Source of the DNA: Gemmatimonadales bacterium
GTDB lineage: Bacteria > Gemmatimonadota > Gemmatimonadetes > Gemmatimonadales > GWC2-71-9
Reading direction: 5' to 3'
NCBI GenBank assembly: GCA_039794085.1
Contig: JBDIWC010000036.1
Location: 1-40,431, forward strand
Length of the DNA stretch: 40,431 nt
The notes beneath the pieces are model-generated. The model did not search any database and was not told where the DNA came from. It was given only the letters and a program-made list of their open reading frames with translations. The position numbers and the translations under genes were made by a program. Positions 10,557-20,583 of the stretch are shown piece by piece. Each line of letters begins with the position of its first letter. Positions within the stretch are counted from its first letter, which is position 1.

Positions 10557-11753
10557 ATGACGACGCTCCGAGAAGGAACCCGAGCGGGAGCACTCCTGGG
10601 GGTGATGGCTCTGACGGCGGCATGTGGCCCTGACGCGTCGACACCGGGCATGGGTTCAGCCTCGGTGGATACCACCCTCGCCACCCGGGTGGCCCTGATC
10701 GGTTCGGTGGACGGAGCCGCGGAGTACCTGTTTGGGGACATCACCTCCGTCGCCGTGGGACCGACCGGTCATGTCTACATCGCGGACCGGCAGGGCTCAA
10801 CCGTGCGGGCCTACTCGCCGGAAGGGCTGTATGTGGCCCTCATCGGGGGAGAGGGCGACGGCCCCGGAGAGTTTCAGTGGCCCAACGACCTCACCTTCGA
10901 TCCCGAGGGCCGGCTCTGGGTACAAGACGGCCAGAGGATCACCGTGTTCACCGCCCACGGTTCCGATGCGGTCGCTGATTCGGTGGTGAATACCATCCGC
11001 CTCCCCAGCTATGGCAATACCGGTTCACGACGCTCGTGGAGCAATGGCACCCGATACTACTACCCGGGCGGCCGGTCCCGCGACCCCGTTTCGTACTACT
11101 ATGAAGTCTTCGACAGCCTGGGACCCACTGGGGACACCGTGCGGGTGCCGCCCGTGGCGAACCTCGAATTCCTTGGCACAGCGTTCTTCCGCGTGAGTCG
11201 CTCGGACGGCATGATGCTGCCGGGGGTCAACCGTTCCCCGTTCGAACCCGTCGGAAGCTGGGCCGTCACCCCCCGGGGCACCGTCATCGCCTCGCCGGGT
11301 GACCGATCGGACGTTGTGGAAGTAACGCCGGACGGTGACACCGTTCGAACCATCCACCTCCCGTCGGAACCGATCCCCGTCCCCGCCACCGAGCGGGAAG
11401 AGAGCCTCCGCGTCTTTGGCCGGCGGCTTGATTCGGTCCCGGTGCCGCTCGATCGGGTGATCGGGATGTCGGAGGCGGCGCGGACCAGGGCTCTCCCCAC
11501 GACGCTCCCCGCGGTGCTCCAGGTCCATGCCGTCGGGAACGAGATCTGGCTGCGACGGTGGCCACCCGCGGACCGGCCGGGGCAGACCATTTACGACGTG
11601 GTCGGTGTCGAGGGAACCGTGGTGCGGACAGTGATCGTGCCGATGACGCTACTCAGCGATCCGCCGCCATTCATCCTGCCCACGATGGTGGCGGGTGTGG
11701 TGCGGGACCCTGCGACCGACGTGGAAATGGTGGCGGTGTTCCGGGTCCGGTAA
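10557..11753 (+). CDS. 6-bladed beta-propeller (NHL-like) lipoprotein
   Basis: ATG 10557 after GAGGAAGG; lipobox LTAA-C; VYIAD and GGEGDGPGEFQWP propeller motifs. Confidence 0.8.
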   Translation: MTTLREGTRAGALLGVMALTAACGPDASTPGMGSASVDTTLATRVALIGSVDGAAEYLFGDITSVAVGPTGHVYIADRQGSTVRAYSPEGLYVALIGGEGDGPGEFQWPNDLTFDPEGRLWVQDGQRITVFTAHGSDAVADSVVNTIRLPSYGNTGSRRSWSNGTRYYYPGGRSRDPVSYYYEVFDSLGPTGDTVRVPPVANLEFLGTAFFRVSRSDGMMLPGVNRSPFEPVGSWAVTPRGTVIASPGDRSDVVEVTPDGDTVRTIHLPSEPIPVPATEREESLRVFGRRLDSVPVPLDRVIGMSEAARTRALPTTLPAVLQVHAVGNEIWLRRWPPADRPGQTIYDVVGVEGTVVRTVIVPMTLLSDPPPFILPTMVAGVVRDPATDVEMVAVFRVR

Positions 11754-11768
11754 CCCGATTACCGGCCC
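11743..11768. terminator. Hairpin built from two convergent stop codons, possibly a bidirectional terminator
   Basis: GGG(T)CCGGTAA-CCCGA-TTACCGGCCC; both genes end CGG-TAA; no U-tract. Confidence 0.35.
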
Positions 11769-14308
11769 AATCGGAACCCCGCCAACACCGTTCTCGGGAG
11801 ACCGGGACGGAGACCCGCCGGCCGCCGTGCCACACTGTAGCGGGTGTCGGTGAGGTTCTGGACCGCCGCGAACAGAGTACCATGCTCGTGCAGGTGCCAC
11901 TCCCCGGACAAACTGGCGACGACGAACCCGTCGACCGACCGGAGCGGGTCCCAGGGGCCCTGCCCCGCCTGGGTGCGCGCCGGAGTGCTCCCTGTCAGGC
12001 TGGCGGTGATCTTTCCCATCCGCCCGGCCACGGCCAGACTCGCAAAGAGCTGGCTCTCGGCCACGTGGGGGAGCTGGTCCCCCCGGCGGACGGACCCCCA
12101 CGAATCGAAATCGCTCTCGAAGTCGCCCTGGAAGGTGGCGTCGGTGTAGGTGTAGGCCAGCGTCAGGGGGATCCGGACGGGAAGGCCCCGGTCCGCGACG
12201 ACATCCCACTCGACGTTGGCCTCGAGTCCCCGCACCAGGACCGCACCCCCGTTGAACGCATTGCCCTCGCCATCCCCGCTGTTGGCCAGGGTGGCGCGAC
12301 CCAGAATGTTGCTGTAGTCGGTGATGTATCCGGTGACCTGCGCCGACAGCCCCGACCGGGCCAATCGGCCGCCGAGTTCGTAGTTCCAGCTCCGCTCGGC
12401 GCGGGTGTCCTGATTGGCGCCCGGCCCCGGAGGACCGAAGCCCCGGTGCATGCCGCTGAACACCTCCACCCCCGGAGCCACTCGCGCGGCCACGCTGAGT
12501 CCGGGAATCCAGACGGACACCGAGTTGGTGCGCACGCCGGTCGGCGCGGTGCGCTCGGGATCGGTAGTCGCGAAATCGATGCGGGTGAAGTCGATCGTCT
12601 CGTGGCGGAGTCCCGCCGTGATCGTCCAGCGTCCCGCCCGCACCTCGTCCTGAAGAAAAAGTGCCACCGCATCGGCCCGGCTCACCCGATTGGCCTGGCT
12701 CCCCGGCTCGCCCGCGCTGGTCTGCACCATCAGGCCATCGACCATCCGGAATCCGTCCTCCCACTGGAACCGATCCTCCTCGTCCTCGTGAATGCGCACC
12801 CCGAGTTCGAGGTTGTGACGCGTCGATCCCAGGTCCGCCCTGACGCCCAGTGTGCTCTGGACACCCCGGCTCACGTACTCCCGGTTGTTGGCCCGGACCC
12901 GAAGGGCGTCGTCGCCACTGGTGGCTCCCTTGAGGACCCCCAACGTGGTCGGGTGGGCATCGGGATCGCCGAGGAGCGTGGAGATGTCGGTGCCGAGAAC
13001 GCTCTGGAGCTTGTACCAGTTGCGGTGGAAATTATTCTGGTAGACCGTGGTGGTGAGATCCCAGTTCCGGGCGGCCACGAAGTGCCGAAGCTGGATCTGG
13101 GTCTGCTCGGCGTTCATCACGTCGGGATCGGAGGCGGGATAGCGCTGCAGGGCGTCGGCCCGGAAGTCGGCGTCGGTGAGGCCCAGGTAGGTCTCGTTGG
13201 AGCGCTCGTCGTTGTATCCCGCCTTGATGTCGAGGTGCTGGTAGATCCGGGCGCCGGGGCTGGTCCGGAAGCGGAGCTTTGCGACATAATCCTGAAGGAG
13301 GAACCCGGTGTTCCGCCCCGACGCCAGATGCTTGAACCCGTCGGTTTCCACGCGTGAGCCCTCCACCAACCACCCCACATGCTCGCCCGAATCGCCCACG
13401 CGGCCCTGGGCCCGGTTCGTGCTTTCCGATCCCCCTCCGGCATCGAGCGACCAGGTGAATTCCTCGGGAATGGAGGTGGAAACAAGGTTGAGGGCCCCAC
13501 CCGTGGTCCGGGGGCCGTAGCGGACCTGGCTGGACCCGGTCCGCACTTCGACGGCTTCCATTCGGCTCACCGTGGGAAAGAAATAGGCCTCGGGCGCGGC
13601 ATAAGGAGCCGGTGCGATGAGGACCCCGTCCTCCATGAGAGTGATCTTGGAGCTCCGTTCGGTTCCCGATGCGCGCAGCCCGATGTTAGGCCGGAGGCCG
13701 TAGCCGTCCTCCTCCTGCAGGTTCACCCCCGGTACGGTTCGCAGGAGATCATGCACACTCCCGAACACGAATTCGGGAGAAGCGATTCGCTCGCGGTTGA
13801 TGACGTGTGCCGCCCCCGGCGCCGGAAGTCCCTCACCTGCCTCACCGGCCAACCGGGTCCGGCTGGCGAGCACCTGGATCGGGTCGATCTCCACCACCGA
13901 CCGAACCAGGAGGTACTCGGCTTGGCGGTTCTCCCCCGGGGAGAGCCGCACGACATCACTGATCCGGTCGTAGCCCATGCGGATGATTCGGACGGTGTGG
14001 GTGCCGGCGGGAATGCCGGTGAGGAGGAAACGGCCCCGGAGGTCGGTGCGAACTCGAAGGCCGGCTTCGGCGAGCTCGACGAGGGCGTCGGCGATGGGGA
14101 GGCGGGAATCGGCGGCGGTGATGGTTCCGGCGAGGCGGGCGGGTTGGGGATCCTGCGCGGGGAGAAGGAACGGTTTAGCCGGTAACAGTAGTAGCAATAA
14201 CAACGACGTATTTACAAAGCCGCTCCGCTTTCGGCGTTTGATAGACGGACGGGGGCTCGGCCGGGAAGTTTCCTTACGGCGTCGGGTGGTGGTGGTGGTG
14301 GGACGCAT
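11759..14308 (-). CDS. TonB-dependent receptor, FecA-like, with an N-terminal carboxypeptidase-regulatory-like domain
   Basis: Plug motif VPGV..EEDGYGLRPNIGLR..RSSKITLMEDG..APAPY, IEV-like 'EAVEVRTG', C-terminal 'VQNLTD..Y...PGLPRT'; exact start uncertain. Confidence 0.92.
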   Translation of the reverse strand: MRPTTTTTRRRKETSRPSPRPSIKRRKRSGFVNTSLLLLLLLPAKPFLLPAQDPQPARLAGTITAADSRLPIADALVELAEAGLRVRTDLRGRFLLTGIPAGTHTVRIIRMGYDRISDVVRLSPGENRQAEYLLVRSVVEIDPIQVLASRTRLAGEAGEGLPAPGAAHVINRERIASPEFVFGSVHDLLRTVPGVNLQEEDGYGLRPNIGLRASGTERSSKITLMEDGVLIAPAPYAAPEAYFFPTVSRMEAVEVRTGSSQVRYGPRTTGGALNLVSTSIPEEFTWSLDAGGGSESTNRAQGRVGDSGEHVGWLVEGSRVETDGFKHLASGRNTGFLLQDYVAKLRFRTSPGARIYQHLDIKAGYNDERSNETYLGLTDADFRADALQRYPASDPDVMNAEQTQIQLRHFVAARNWDLTTTVYQNNFHRNWYKLQSVLGTDISTLLGDPDAHPTTLGVLKGATSGDDALRVRANNREYVSRGVQSTLGVRADLGSTRHNLELGVRIHEDEEDRFQWEDGFRMVDGLMVQTSAGEPGSQANRVSRADAVALFLQDEVRAGRWTITAGLRHETIDFTRIDFATTDPERTAPTGVRTNSVSVWIPGLSVAARVAPGVEVFSGMHRGFGPPGPGANQDTRAERSWNYELGGRLARSGLSAQVTGYITDYSNILGRATLANSGDGEGNAFNGGAVLVRGLEANVEWDVVADRGLPVRIPLTLAYTYTDATFQGDFESDFDSWGSVRRGDQLPHVAESQLFASLAVAGRMGKITASLTGSTPARTQAGQGPWDPLRSVDGFVVASLSGEWHLHEHGTLFAAVQNLTDTRYSVARRPAGLRPGLPRTVLAGFRLGR

Positions 14309-14324
14309 GGGGTTCTCTCGGAGA

Positions 14325-14354
14325 ACATTATATAATTGAGAATGGGTGTCAATT
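14325..14354 (-). promoter_or_regulatory. Sigma70-like promoter overlapped by a candidate Fur box
   Basis: Minus strand TTGACA (14352-14347) with TAATGT at 16 nt or TATAAT at 14 nt; dyad AATTGA-GAATGGGTG-TCAATT (14334-14354) containing TGAGAAT-G-GGTGTCA; AT-rich patch upstream of an iron receptor. Confidence 0.6.
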
Positions 14355-14567
14355 GCATTTCATCCTTTCCCTAATCTATCGGTCGGAATTCACACTGTCA
14401 ACCTCCGCCTCCTCGGCCTCGGCTGCGGTAATTCGACAACCGAGCCCATCGAAGTGACGCCCTGAACGAGGCCGAGGTCAGACCTCCGGGACCACCGACG
14501 CGGAGGGGATCGTGGTTCTGAGCCCCGTCACCGGTGACGACCGGCGACAGATCTTGCGGAATCTGCT

Positions 14568-14609
14568 CGAGTACGAGTGCGAGTACGAGTAGGTGTACGT
14601 GTACGAGTG
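14568..14609. repeat. Hexamer tandem array (CGAGTA-like), 7 units
   Basis: CGAGTA CGAGTG CGAGTA CGAGTA GGTGTA CGTGTA CGAGTG, 11 nt past the debranching-enzyme stop. Confidence 0.85.
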
Positions 14610-14620
14610 GGATGAGGGTA

Positions 14621-16618
14621 TCAGAGGACCCCATTCACATCGTCCACCCAGGCCCGCAACACCTCCGCCACACTCCACGCCTGCGCGATCGCCCCCCGCG
14701 GCGCATGCGGGGGATCCCCGTCGAAGATCTCCGAGAGGCTCCCGACCCCGGCCTCGGCCAGGTGACCCATGACTCCCTCGATCAGCACCCGGGCCTGGGC
14801 CCGCCCCCGGTCGCCCCGCTCCCGCACCAGCGCGGTCACGAACGGGCCCAGGAGCCAGAGCCACACCGTCCCCTGGTGGTAAGCGCCGTCCCGCCGGAGA
14901 GGGTCGCCCTCGTACCGCGGCTGATAGGCTGGATCACTGGGCGCCAGACTGCGCAGGCCCACCGGGGTCAACAGTGCATTCTCCACCACGCGCAACACCT
15001 GTCGGCGCCGGGTCGCGGACAGCAGCGGAAAAGGAAGGGAGCAGGCGAAGAGCTGGTTGGGCCGCACCGAAGCGTCCCGCCTCTCGCCGTCCACCACGTC
15101 GTAGAGGTGGGCACCCTCCCGATACCAGAAGGTCCGCGCAAACTGTCGGCTGACCCTGGCGGCGTGGCGCTCGGATTCCCTGGCGCGATCCTCCTCTCCC
15201 GCCTCCCGTTCGAACTCCGCCAGGATCCGGAGCGCATTGTACCAGAGCGCATTGATCTCGACCGGCTTGCCGATGCGTGGAGTCACCACCCAGTCACCCA
15301 CCTTGGCATCCATCCAGGTGAGCTGGACCCCGGGTTCCCCCGCGCGGAGCAGTCCGTCCCCCTCGACCCGGATGCCGAACCGGGTCCCCTCGCGGTGCCA
15401 GCGGATGATCTCCCGCAGCACCGGGAGCAGCTCGCGGACCAGGGCGTGATCTCCAGTAGCCCGCAGATACGCACGGAGGGCGACAAAGAACCAGAGCGTG
15501 GCATCGGCGGTGTTGTACTCGGGTGTATCTCCCTCGTCGGGGAAACGGTTGGGAAGCATCCCCCGATCCGCCCAGGAGGCGAAGGTCTGGAGGATCCTCC
15601 TGGCCTCGGTGGGCCTGCCGGTGGCGAGGGTGAGGCCAGGGAGCGCAATCAGCGTGTCCCGTCCCCAGTCCCCGAACCAGTGATAACCGGCGATGACCGT
15701 GCGCATGCCATCACCGCGCTTCACCAGAAACTGATCCGCCGCGAGCGACAGCGGAACGGTGACATGATCGCGGAACGGCAGACGATCCAGCAATGCCTTG
15801 CGGCGAGCGTGTTCTCCACTCACCAGCGCTTCCCCATCGCGCCCCGTCGCATCGGTCGTGGAGGCGATCACGGCGACCCGTTCCCCCGGGGCCAGGCGGA
15901 CCCGCGTCACTGCCGGAGTCCAGAGATCCTCCCGATGGTCGAAGCCCCGCTCCAACTCCCGCAGATACTCAAAATCATGCCACCACTCCGCCCGGGTTTC
16001 GAATTCGCCGCCGGGCACGGAGAGATGAAGCATGGTCCCCTCCGCGAAGGGACCCACCTGGAGCCGGGAGCCCTCGACGACCGCGGGAGGCATGACGTCT
16101 TCGGCGTGGCGGAGACTGTGATAGTCGCGACCGGCAACGAAAGGCTGAAGCTCCAGGGTGACCGGCCCCGCACTCTCCACCAGCTCGTACACCACCACGG
16201 TCGTGTTTTCCCCGTCGATCGCCACGATGGTTTTCCGGAGACGGATGTCCTCGATCCGGTATTCGAACACCGGGAAGATGCCGCGTTCGAAGGAGTGGAG
16301 ATGGGTGAATCCGTCGGGATGAAGGGCACCGGGAAACTGATTGGTGCCGAGAGCGACGCGGTGGGTCCCGAACGTCACGGTCTCGTCCAGCCGGGACAGA
16401 AGCACGACCCGGCCAAGCGGCGAACGGGTCGCGGCCACGAGCAGACCGTGGTACCGCCGGGTGTTGGCGCCCGTCACTGAACTGCTTGCCCATCCCCCCA
16501 TGCCGTTGGTTTCGATCCACTCGCGTCGCGAGGCGGCATCGAAGTCACCCAGGACCTCCTGGCCGAGGCGAACCGGCCACAGGGAAGCGGGCACCACCGT
16601 GGCGTTCGAGGGATTCAT
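14621..16618 (-). CDS. Glycogen debranching enzyme (amylo-alpha-1,6-glucosidase, archaeal type)
   Basis: REWIETNGMGG, TRRYHGLL, AGYHWFGDWGRD, QLTWMDAK, GKPVEINALWYNAL, YHQGTVW, QAWSVAE. Confidence 0.95.
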   Translation of the reverse strand: MNPSNATVVPASLWPVRLGQEVLGDFDAASRREWIETNGMGGWASSSVTGANTRRYHGLLVAATRSPLGRVVLLSRLDETVTFGTHRVALGTNQFPGALHPDGFTHLHSFERGIFPVFEYRIEDIRLRKTIVAIDGENTTVVVYELVESAGPVTLELQPFVAGRDYHSLRHAEDVMPPAVVEGSRLQVGPFAEGTMLHLSVPGGEFETRAEWWHDFEYLRELERGFDHREDLWTPAVTRVRLAPGERVAVIASTTDATGRDGEALVSGEHARRKALLDRLPFRDHVTVPLSLAADQFLVKRGDGMRTVIAGYHWFGDWGRDTLIALPGLTLATGRPTEARRILQTFASWADRGMLPNRFPDEGDTPEYNTADATLWFFVALRAYLRATGDHALVRELLPVLREIIRWHREGTRFGIRVEGDGLLRAGEPGVQLTWMDAKVGDWVVTPRIGKPVEINALWYNALRILAEFEREAGEEDRARESERHAARVSRQFARTFWYREGAHLYDVVDGERRDASVRPNQLFACSLPFPLLSATRRRQVLRVVENALLTPVGLRSLAPSDPAYQPRYEGDPLRRDGAYHQGTVWLWLLGPFVTALVRERGDRGRAQARVLIEGVMGHLAEAGVGSLSEIFDGDPPHAPRGAIAQAWSVAEVLRAWVDDVNGVL

Positions 16619-17235
16619 GGTGTGATCCGCCGACGGCCACCTTCGTAGGCCATGATCCCGTCGTTCACGGTGTTGAGGAGCAGGATCGCGTCAGGCCTGC
16701 CGTGGCACACCATGAGGTCGAGCATCATCGCCTCCTCGCCCCCCCAGGGGAAGGCGAAGACCAGATCAAAGTCGTCGAGTGCGCGTCCCAGCTTGAGGTA
16801 TCCTGAGGGTCCGCGTCCGATCGTACCGGTCCGGCCATCCCCCCCTCGGGGACGCCAGCGGTACCCCTCGGGAAGGAAGCTCCCCGCCACGAAGGTGGCC
16901 GCCGAGTCGTGACGCACCGCCAGGTCGCGGGCGGTGGCGACCAGAGCGTCATCCAGCTCGATGCCGCATGCCGTGAATCCGAGCAGATCGGCCATCACGG
17001 TGATGACGCCCATGGCCGATCCCCACTCCAGGAACCGGAGACCCGGGGCCCGCAGGCGGACCAGCATCTCCTGCACCGGACCATACTCGGCGGGCACGAA
17101 CGGATGGAATCCGGCCTCCGTCCGGTCCCTGCCGAATCGATCGGACAGGGCCCACCCCTCCTCGCGCACCGCCTCGAGACGTCTCTCCAGCGCCGCATTC
17201 AAGGTCGGGAGCATCGATTCCGCGCCAGAGTTCAT
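16615..17235 (-). CDS. Putative class I SAM-dependent methyltransferase
   Basis: Motif I FLEWGSAMG, GIELD, DLVFAFPW; ATGA overlap with the debranching gene. Confidence 0.7.
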   Translation of the reverse strand: MNSGAESMLPTLNAALERRLEAVREEGWALSDRFGRDRTEAGFHPFVPAEYGPVQEMLVRLRAPGLRFLEWGSAMGVITVMADLLGFTACGIELDDALVATARDLAVRHDSAATFVAGSFLPEGYRWRPRGGDGRTGTIGRGPSGYLKLGRALDDFDLVFAFPWGGEEAMMLDLMVCHGRPDAILLLNTVNDGIMAYEGGRRRITP

Positions 17236-17467
17236 GACCCGCGTCTCCCGTCGTCGAGGTGAGCGGCGGTTCCGCTCCCCCTCCCGGGGAAGCTAACCCA
17301 CCGGGCGCCGGACCGCGCAGGATGGCTGCCGCTTGCGGGGACGCCCCCGAGTTGCCTCTATTGGAAGACGGGCGCTTTGCAATCCGATGCCCCCTCCCGC
17401 GCGTGTCAGCGGAGACAGCGTTCGGCCGTGGTCTGTCCCCCGGCGGTCCCGTGAGCAAGGAAGTCCG

Positions 17468-19015
17468 ATGAGCACATCGATCCCGACTCTGGTTCCCCTC
17501 CTGGTTCATCTGAGCGGCGCTCGGCGCGGACGGGCCGACCGGCTCGAGGGGGACGCCATCCCCCTCCGCGTTCATCCCGGACGCACTGCGGCTCCCGACT
17601 TCACGCCGAGCGCCGTGGGAGTGGCCACCCTGCACCGGCGTGGAGGGTCGTATGAGATCGTTGCGGGGGAGGGTACGCCGGTCTGGGTCAACGGGGAGCA
17701 GGTCTCCCGTCTGGTCCTCGCTTCCGGCGACGTGATCGAGCTCGGGGCGGGCGGCCCGGTGGTCCGGTTCCGGCTTCAGGAGGAGGGGACCGAGGGGTCG
17801 AAGTCGATCCAGGATGTGTTCAGCGACTGCTGGGCCTGCGCTCGCTATGACGGGGGCGGGATCTGGCACCAGGCGAAGCTCTTTCTGGGCGGAGTTCCGA
17901 TGGAGCTCGCCACCCGCACCACCATGGTGTTCCGGGTCTCCGTGGCGGCCCTCATCGTGATCCTGGGCATCTCCACCGCGGTGATCGGCCGGAAGAATGC
18001 CCAGCTCGCCCGGACCATGGACCGGGACCGGGTCGAACTGGCCGATCTCGCCTCCCTGCTGCAGCAGTCCCGGGACAACCCCGCCACCTCGGATGGTCTT
18101 CTCGCCGTGTTGCAGGAGGTGCGGGACAGCCTGTCCCTCGCATCGGAACGACTCGGCGCTCTCGAGACTCGTTCCGGCGCCCCGACCCGTATCATCGAGA
18201 GCGCATCCCGGTCGACGGCGTTCCTGATCGGGGCGTACGGGTTCCAGGATCCCAAGACCGGCCGAACGCTCCGCTTCGCCCTCGATGCCGCAGGCAAGCC
18301 ACAGAAGTCCCCCTCGGGCGAAACCGCGATCACCCTGGAAGGGAACGGACCTCCTCTGGAGGCCTTCTACACCGGCACCGGGTTCGTCATCGGCCCCGAC
18401 CTGGTGGCGACGAACCGTCATGTGGCGCTCCCGTGGGACTTCGAATCGGCCGCCCAGGAGATGATGAAGCAGGGGTGGGTTCCGGTCATGCGCCGGTTCC
18501 TCACCTACCTCCCCGGGATCCCGGAAGCCTTCGAGACCCGGTTTGTTGGGGCGGGGTCCGACGCCGATGTGGCGATTCTCCGGCTTCCGAAGCTGAATGG
18601 ACGAGTGCCCCCACTTCCCCTGTCCGCCCCCATTCCCCGGGCCGGCGATGAGGTGCTGGTCCTCGGGTACCCCTTGGGAATCCGTGCCCTCATGGCCCGT
18701 GCCGACGCCCGCATGGTGGCCCGGCTCCTCAGTGAAGGAGATCTCGATCCGTGGAAGGCGGCATCCCGTCTCGCCGCCGAAGGGTACATCACGCCGCTGG
18801 CCAGCCGGGGGATCGTGGGGCAGGTCACCTCCGAGGCGATCGTCTACGACGCCGAGACCACCCATGGGGGGAGCGGGGGCCCGGTTCTGACCATGGCGGG
18901 GGAGGTCATGGCGATCAATGCCGCGATCCTCCCCGAATATGGGGGATCGAACCTCGGGGTTCCGGTGTCCCGGGCGCGGGCGCTCCTCACGGCGGTGTCC
19001 GCCCCAAGGAAATGA
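17468..19015 (+). CDS. Membrane-anchored trypsin-like (S1) serine protease with an N-terminal FHA-like domain
   Basis: ATG 17468; FHA-like 'VWVNGEQV..LVLASGDVIELGAGGP'; TM helix; coiled region; triad TNRHV / DVAIL / GGSGGPV. Confidence 0.85.
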   Translation: MSTSIPTLVPLLVHLSGARRGRADRLEGDAIPLRVHPGRTAAPDFTPSAVGVATLHRRGGSYEIVAGEGTPVWVNGEQVSRLVLASGDVIELGAGGPVVRFRLQEEGTEGSKSIQDVFSDCWACARYDGGGIWHQAKLFLGGVPMELATRTTMVFRVSVAALIVILGISTAVIGRKNAQLARTMDRDRVELADLASLLQQSRDNPATSDGLLAVLQEVRDSLSLASERLGALETRSGAPTRIIESASRSTAFLIGAYGFQDPKTGRTLRFALDAAGKPQKSPSGETAITLEGNGPPLEAFYTGTGFVIGPDLVATNRHVALPWDFESAAQEMMKQGWVPVMRRFLTYLPGIPEAFETRFVGAGSDADVAILRLPKLNGRVPPLPLSAPIPRAGDEVLVLGYPLGIRALMARADARMVARLLSEGDLDPWKAASRLAAEGYITPLASRGIVGQVTSEAIVYDAETTHGGSGGPVLTMAGEVMAINAAILPEYGGSNLGVPVSRARALLTAVSAPRK

Positions 19016-19040
19016 GGCTCTTCGTCGGGGATGAGGGGGG

Positions 19041-19075
19041 GAAGTTTGAAGTTTGAAGGAGGAAGTTTGAAGGAG
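19041..19075. repeat. Heptamer array GAAGTTT/GAAGGAG, 5 units
   Basis: GAAGTTT GAAGTTT GAAGGAG GAAGTTT GAAGGAG; reverse complement of the ACTTCAA family. Confidence 0.85.
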
Positions 19076-19160
19076 GAAATACATGGTCCGGATCCCGGTG
19101 CCCTCGCGTCCCCAAACCATGTACCCTTCGGGTCTCACTTTTCCCCGATTCGGGTCCATC

Positions 19161-20492
19161 ATGATGACACGCTCCCTCCTTTCTCCTGCCGCGACTCTTC
19201 TCCTCGTCATGGCTGCTCCCGTCGCCACCTTGGCGGCCCAGGGCCTCACCGACGCCGAGCGGCGAATCGCCGTGGCGGTGGATGCCGGAGTGGCCGACGC
19301 GACGGCTCTGCTCGAACGCACGGTCAACATCAACAGCGGATCCCTCAACCTGGAGGGAGTCCGCCGCGTGGGGCGGCTCTTCCGCACCGAGTTTGACCGG
19401 CTCGGTTTCACGACGCGCTGGGTGGACGGTGCCGCCTGGGGCCGCGCAGGTCATCTTTTCGCCGAGCGTCGGGGTCATGGCCGCGGACCGCGGATCCTGC
19501 TGATCGGTCATCTCGACACCGTCTTCGAGGCCGATTCCCCCTTTCAGCAGTACTCGGTGATTTCGCCCGATCGGGCGCGCGGTCCCGGCACGACCGACAT
19601 GAAGGGGGGCAACGTCGTCATGCTCCTCGCATTGCGGGCTCTCGCGGAGACTGGCCAGCTCGACGACCTGCAGATCCAGGTAGTGCTCATTGGGGACGAG
19701 GAGGACAGCGGTGATCCGATCGAACTCGCGCGGAAGGACCTGATCGCCGCCGCCGAATGGGCCGACATCGCCATCGGGTTCGAGGACGGGGACGGAAACC
19801 CGGCCACCGCGGTGATTGGACGACGCGGTTCCACGAGCTGGGTCCTTCGGACCACCGGGCGTCCGGCCCACTCCTCCCAGATCTTCCGTGAGGGATACGG
19901 AAGCGGGGCCATCTTCGAGGCGGCCCGGATTCTGGCGGCCTTTCACGACTCGCTGAGCACCGAGCCGAACCTCACCTTCAATCCCGGTGCGATCGTGGGG
20001 GGGACGGCGGTCACCTTCGATGAGGTGGAGAACCGGGGGACCGCCTTCGGCAAGACCAACGTGATCGCAGATCAGGCGGTGGTGGCGGGGGACCTCCGCA
20101 CCCTGACCCCTGAACAACTGGCCTCCGCCAAGCTCCGGATGACGGCGATCGTGGCCCGGCATCATCCGGAAACCGGTGCCACCATCGCGTTTCACGACTC
20201 CTATCCCCCTCTCGCACCGACCGACGGAAATCATCAGCTCCTCGCCCGGTTCGACCGGGCGAGTCAGGATCTCGGCGGGGGACCGGTCACCGCGGTCGAT
20301 CCGGCCCGGGCCGGCGCCGCCGACATCTCGTTCACGGCGGGTCTCGTGGACATGGCCCTCGACGGGGTGGGGCTCATGGGAACGGGGGGACACACCGTGG
20401 AGGAGACCGCCGATCTCACGACGCTACCCCTGCAGGCCAAACGCATCACCGTCCTGCTCCATCGCCTGGCCCGGGGACAGCCGGGGACCTGA
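19161..20492 (+). CDS. Secreted M20-family metallopeptidase (glutamate carboxypeptidase/CPG2-like)
   Basis: Signal peptide from ATG 19161; IGHLDTVF, GPGTTDMKGG, GDEE, GFED, AHSS, GGHT. Confidence 0.92.
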   Translation: MMTRSLLSPAATLLLVMAAPVATLAAQGLTDAERRIAVAVDAGVADATALLERTVNINSGSLNLEGVRRVGRLFRTEFDRLGFTTRWVDGAAWGRAGHLFAERRGHGRGPRILLIGHLDTVFEADSPFQQYSVISPDRARGPGTTDMKGGNVVMLLALRALAETGQLDDLQIQVVLIGDEEDSGDPIELARKDLIAAAEWADIAIGFEDGDGNPATAVIGRRGSTSWVLRTTGRPAHSSQIFREGYGSGAIFEAARILAAFHDSLSTEPNLTFNPGAIVGGTAVTFDEVENRGTAFGKTNVIADQAVVAGDLRTLTPEQLASAKLRMTAIVARHHPETGATIAFHDSYPPLAPTDGNHQLLARFDRASQDLGGGPVTAVDPARAGAADISFTAGLVDMALDGVGLMGTGGHTVEETADLTTLPLQAKRITVLLHRLARGQPGT

Positions 20493-20583
20493 TTCAGTTT
20501 TTCGTAAGGGCGGCTCAGAGCCGCCTCGTCCGCGGCTCACAGCTCTGGCCCATGGTGATGGATGTCAGGACATCCCCGAGATC

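Noticed and set aside
17340..17385. Possible sigma54 promoter
   Set aside because: No TGG is placed at the required GG-N10-GC spacing from the TTGC.
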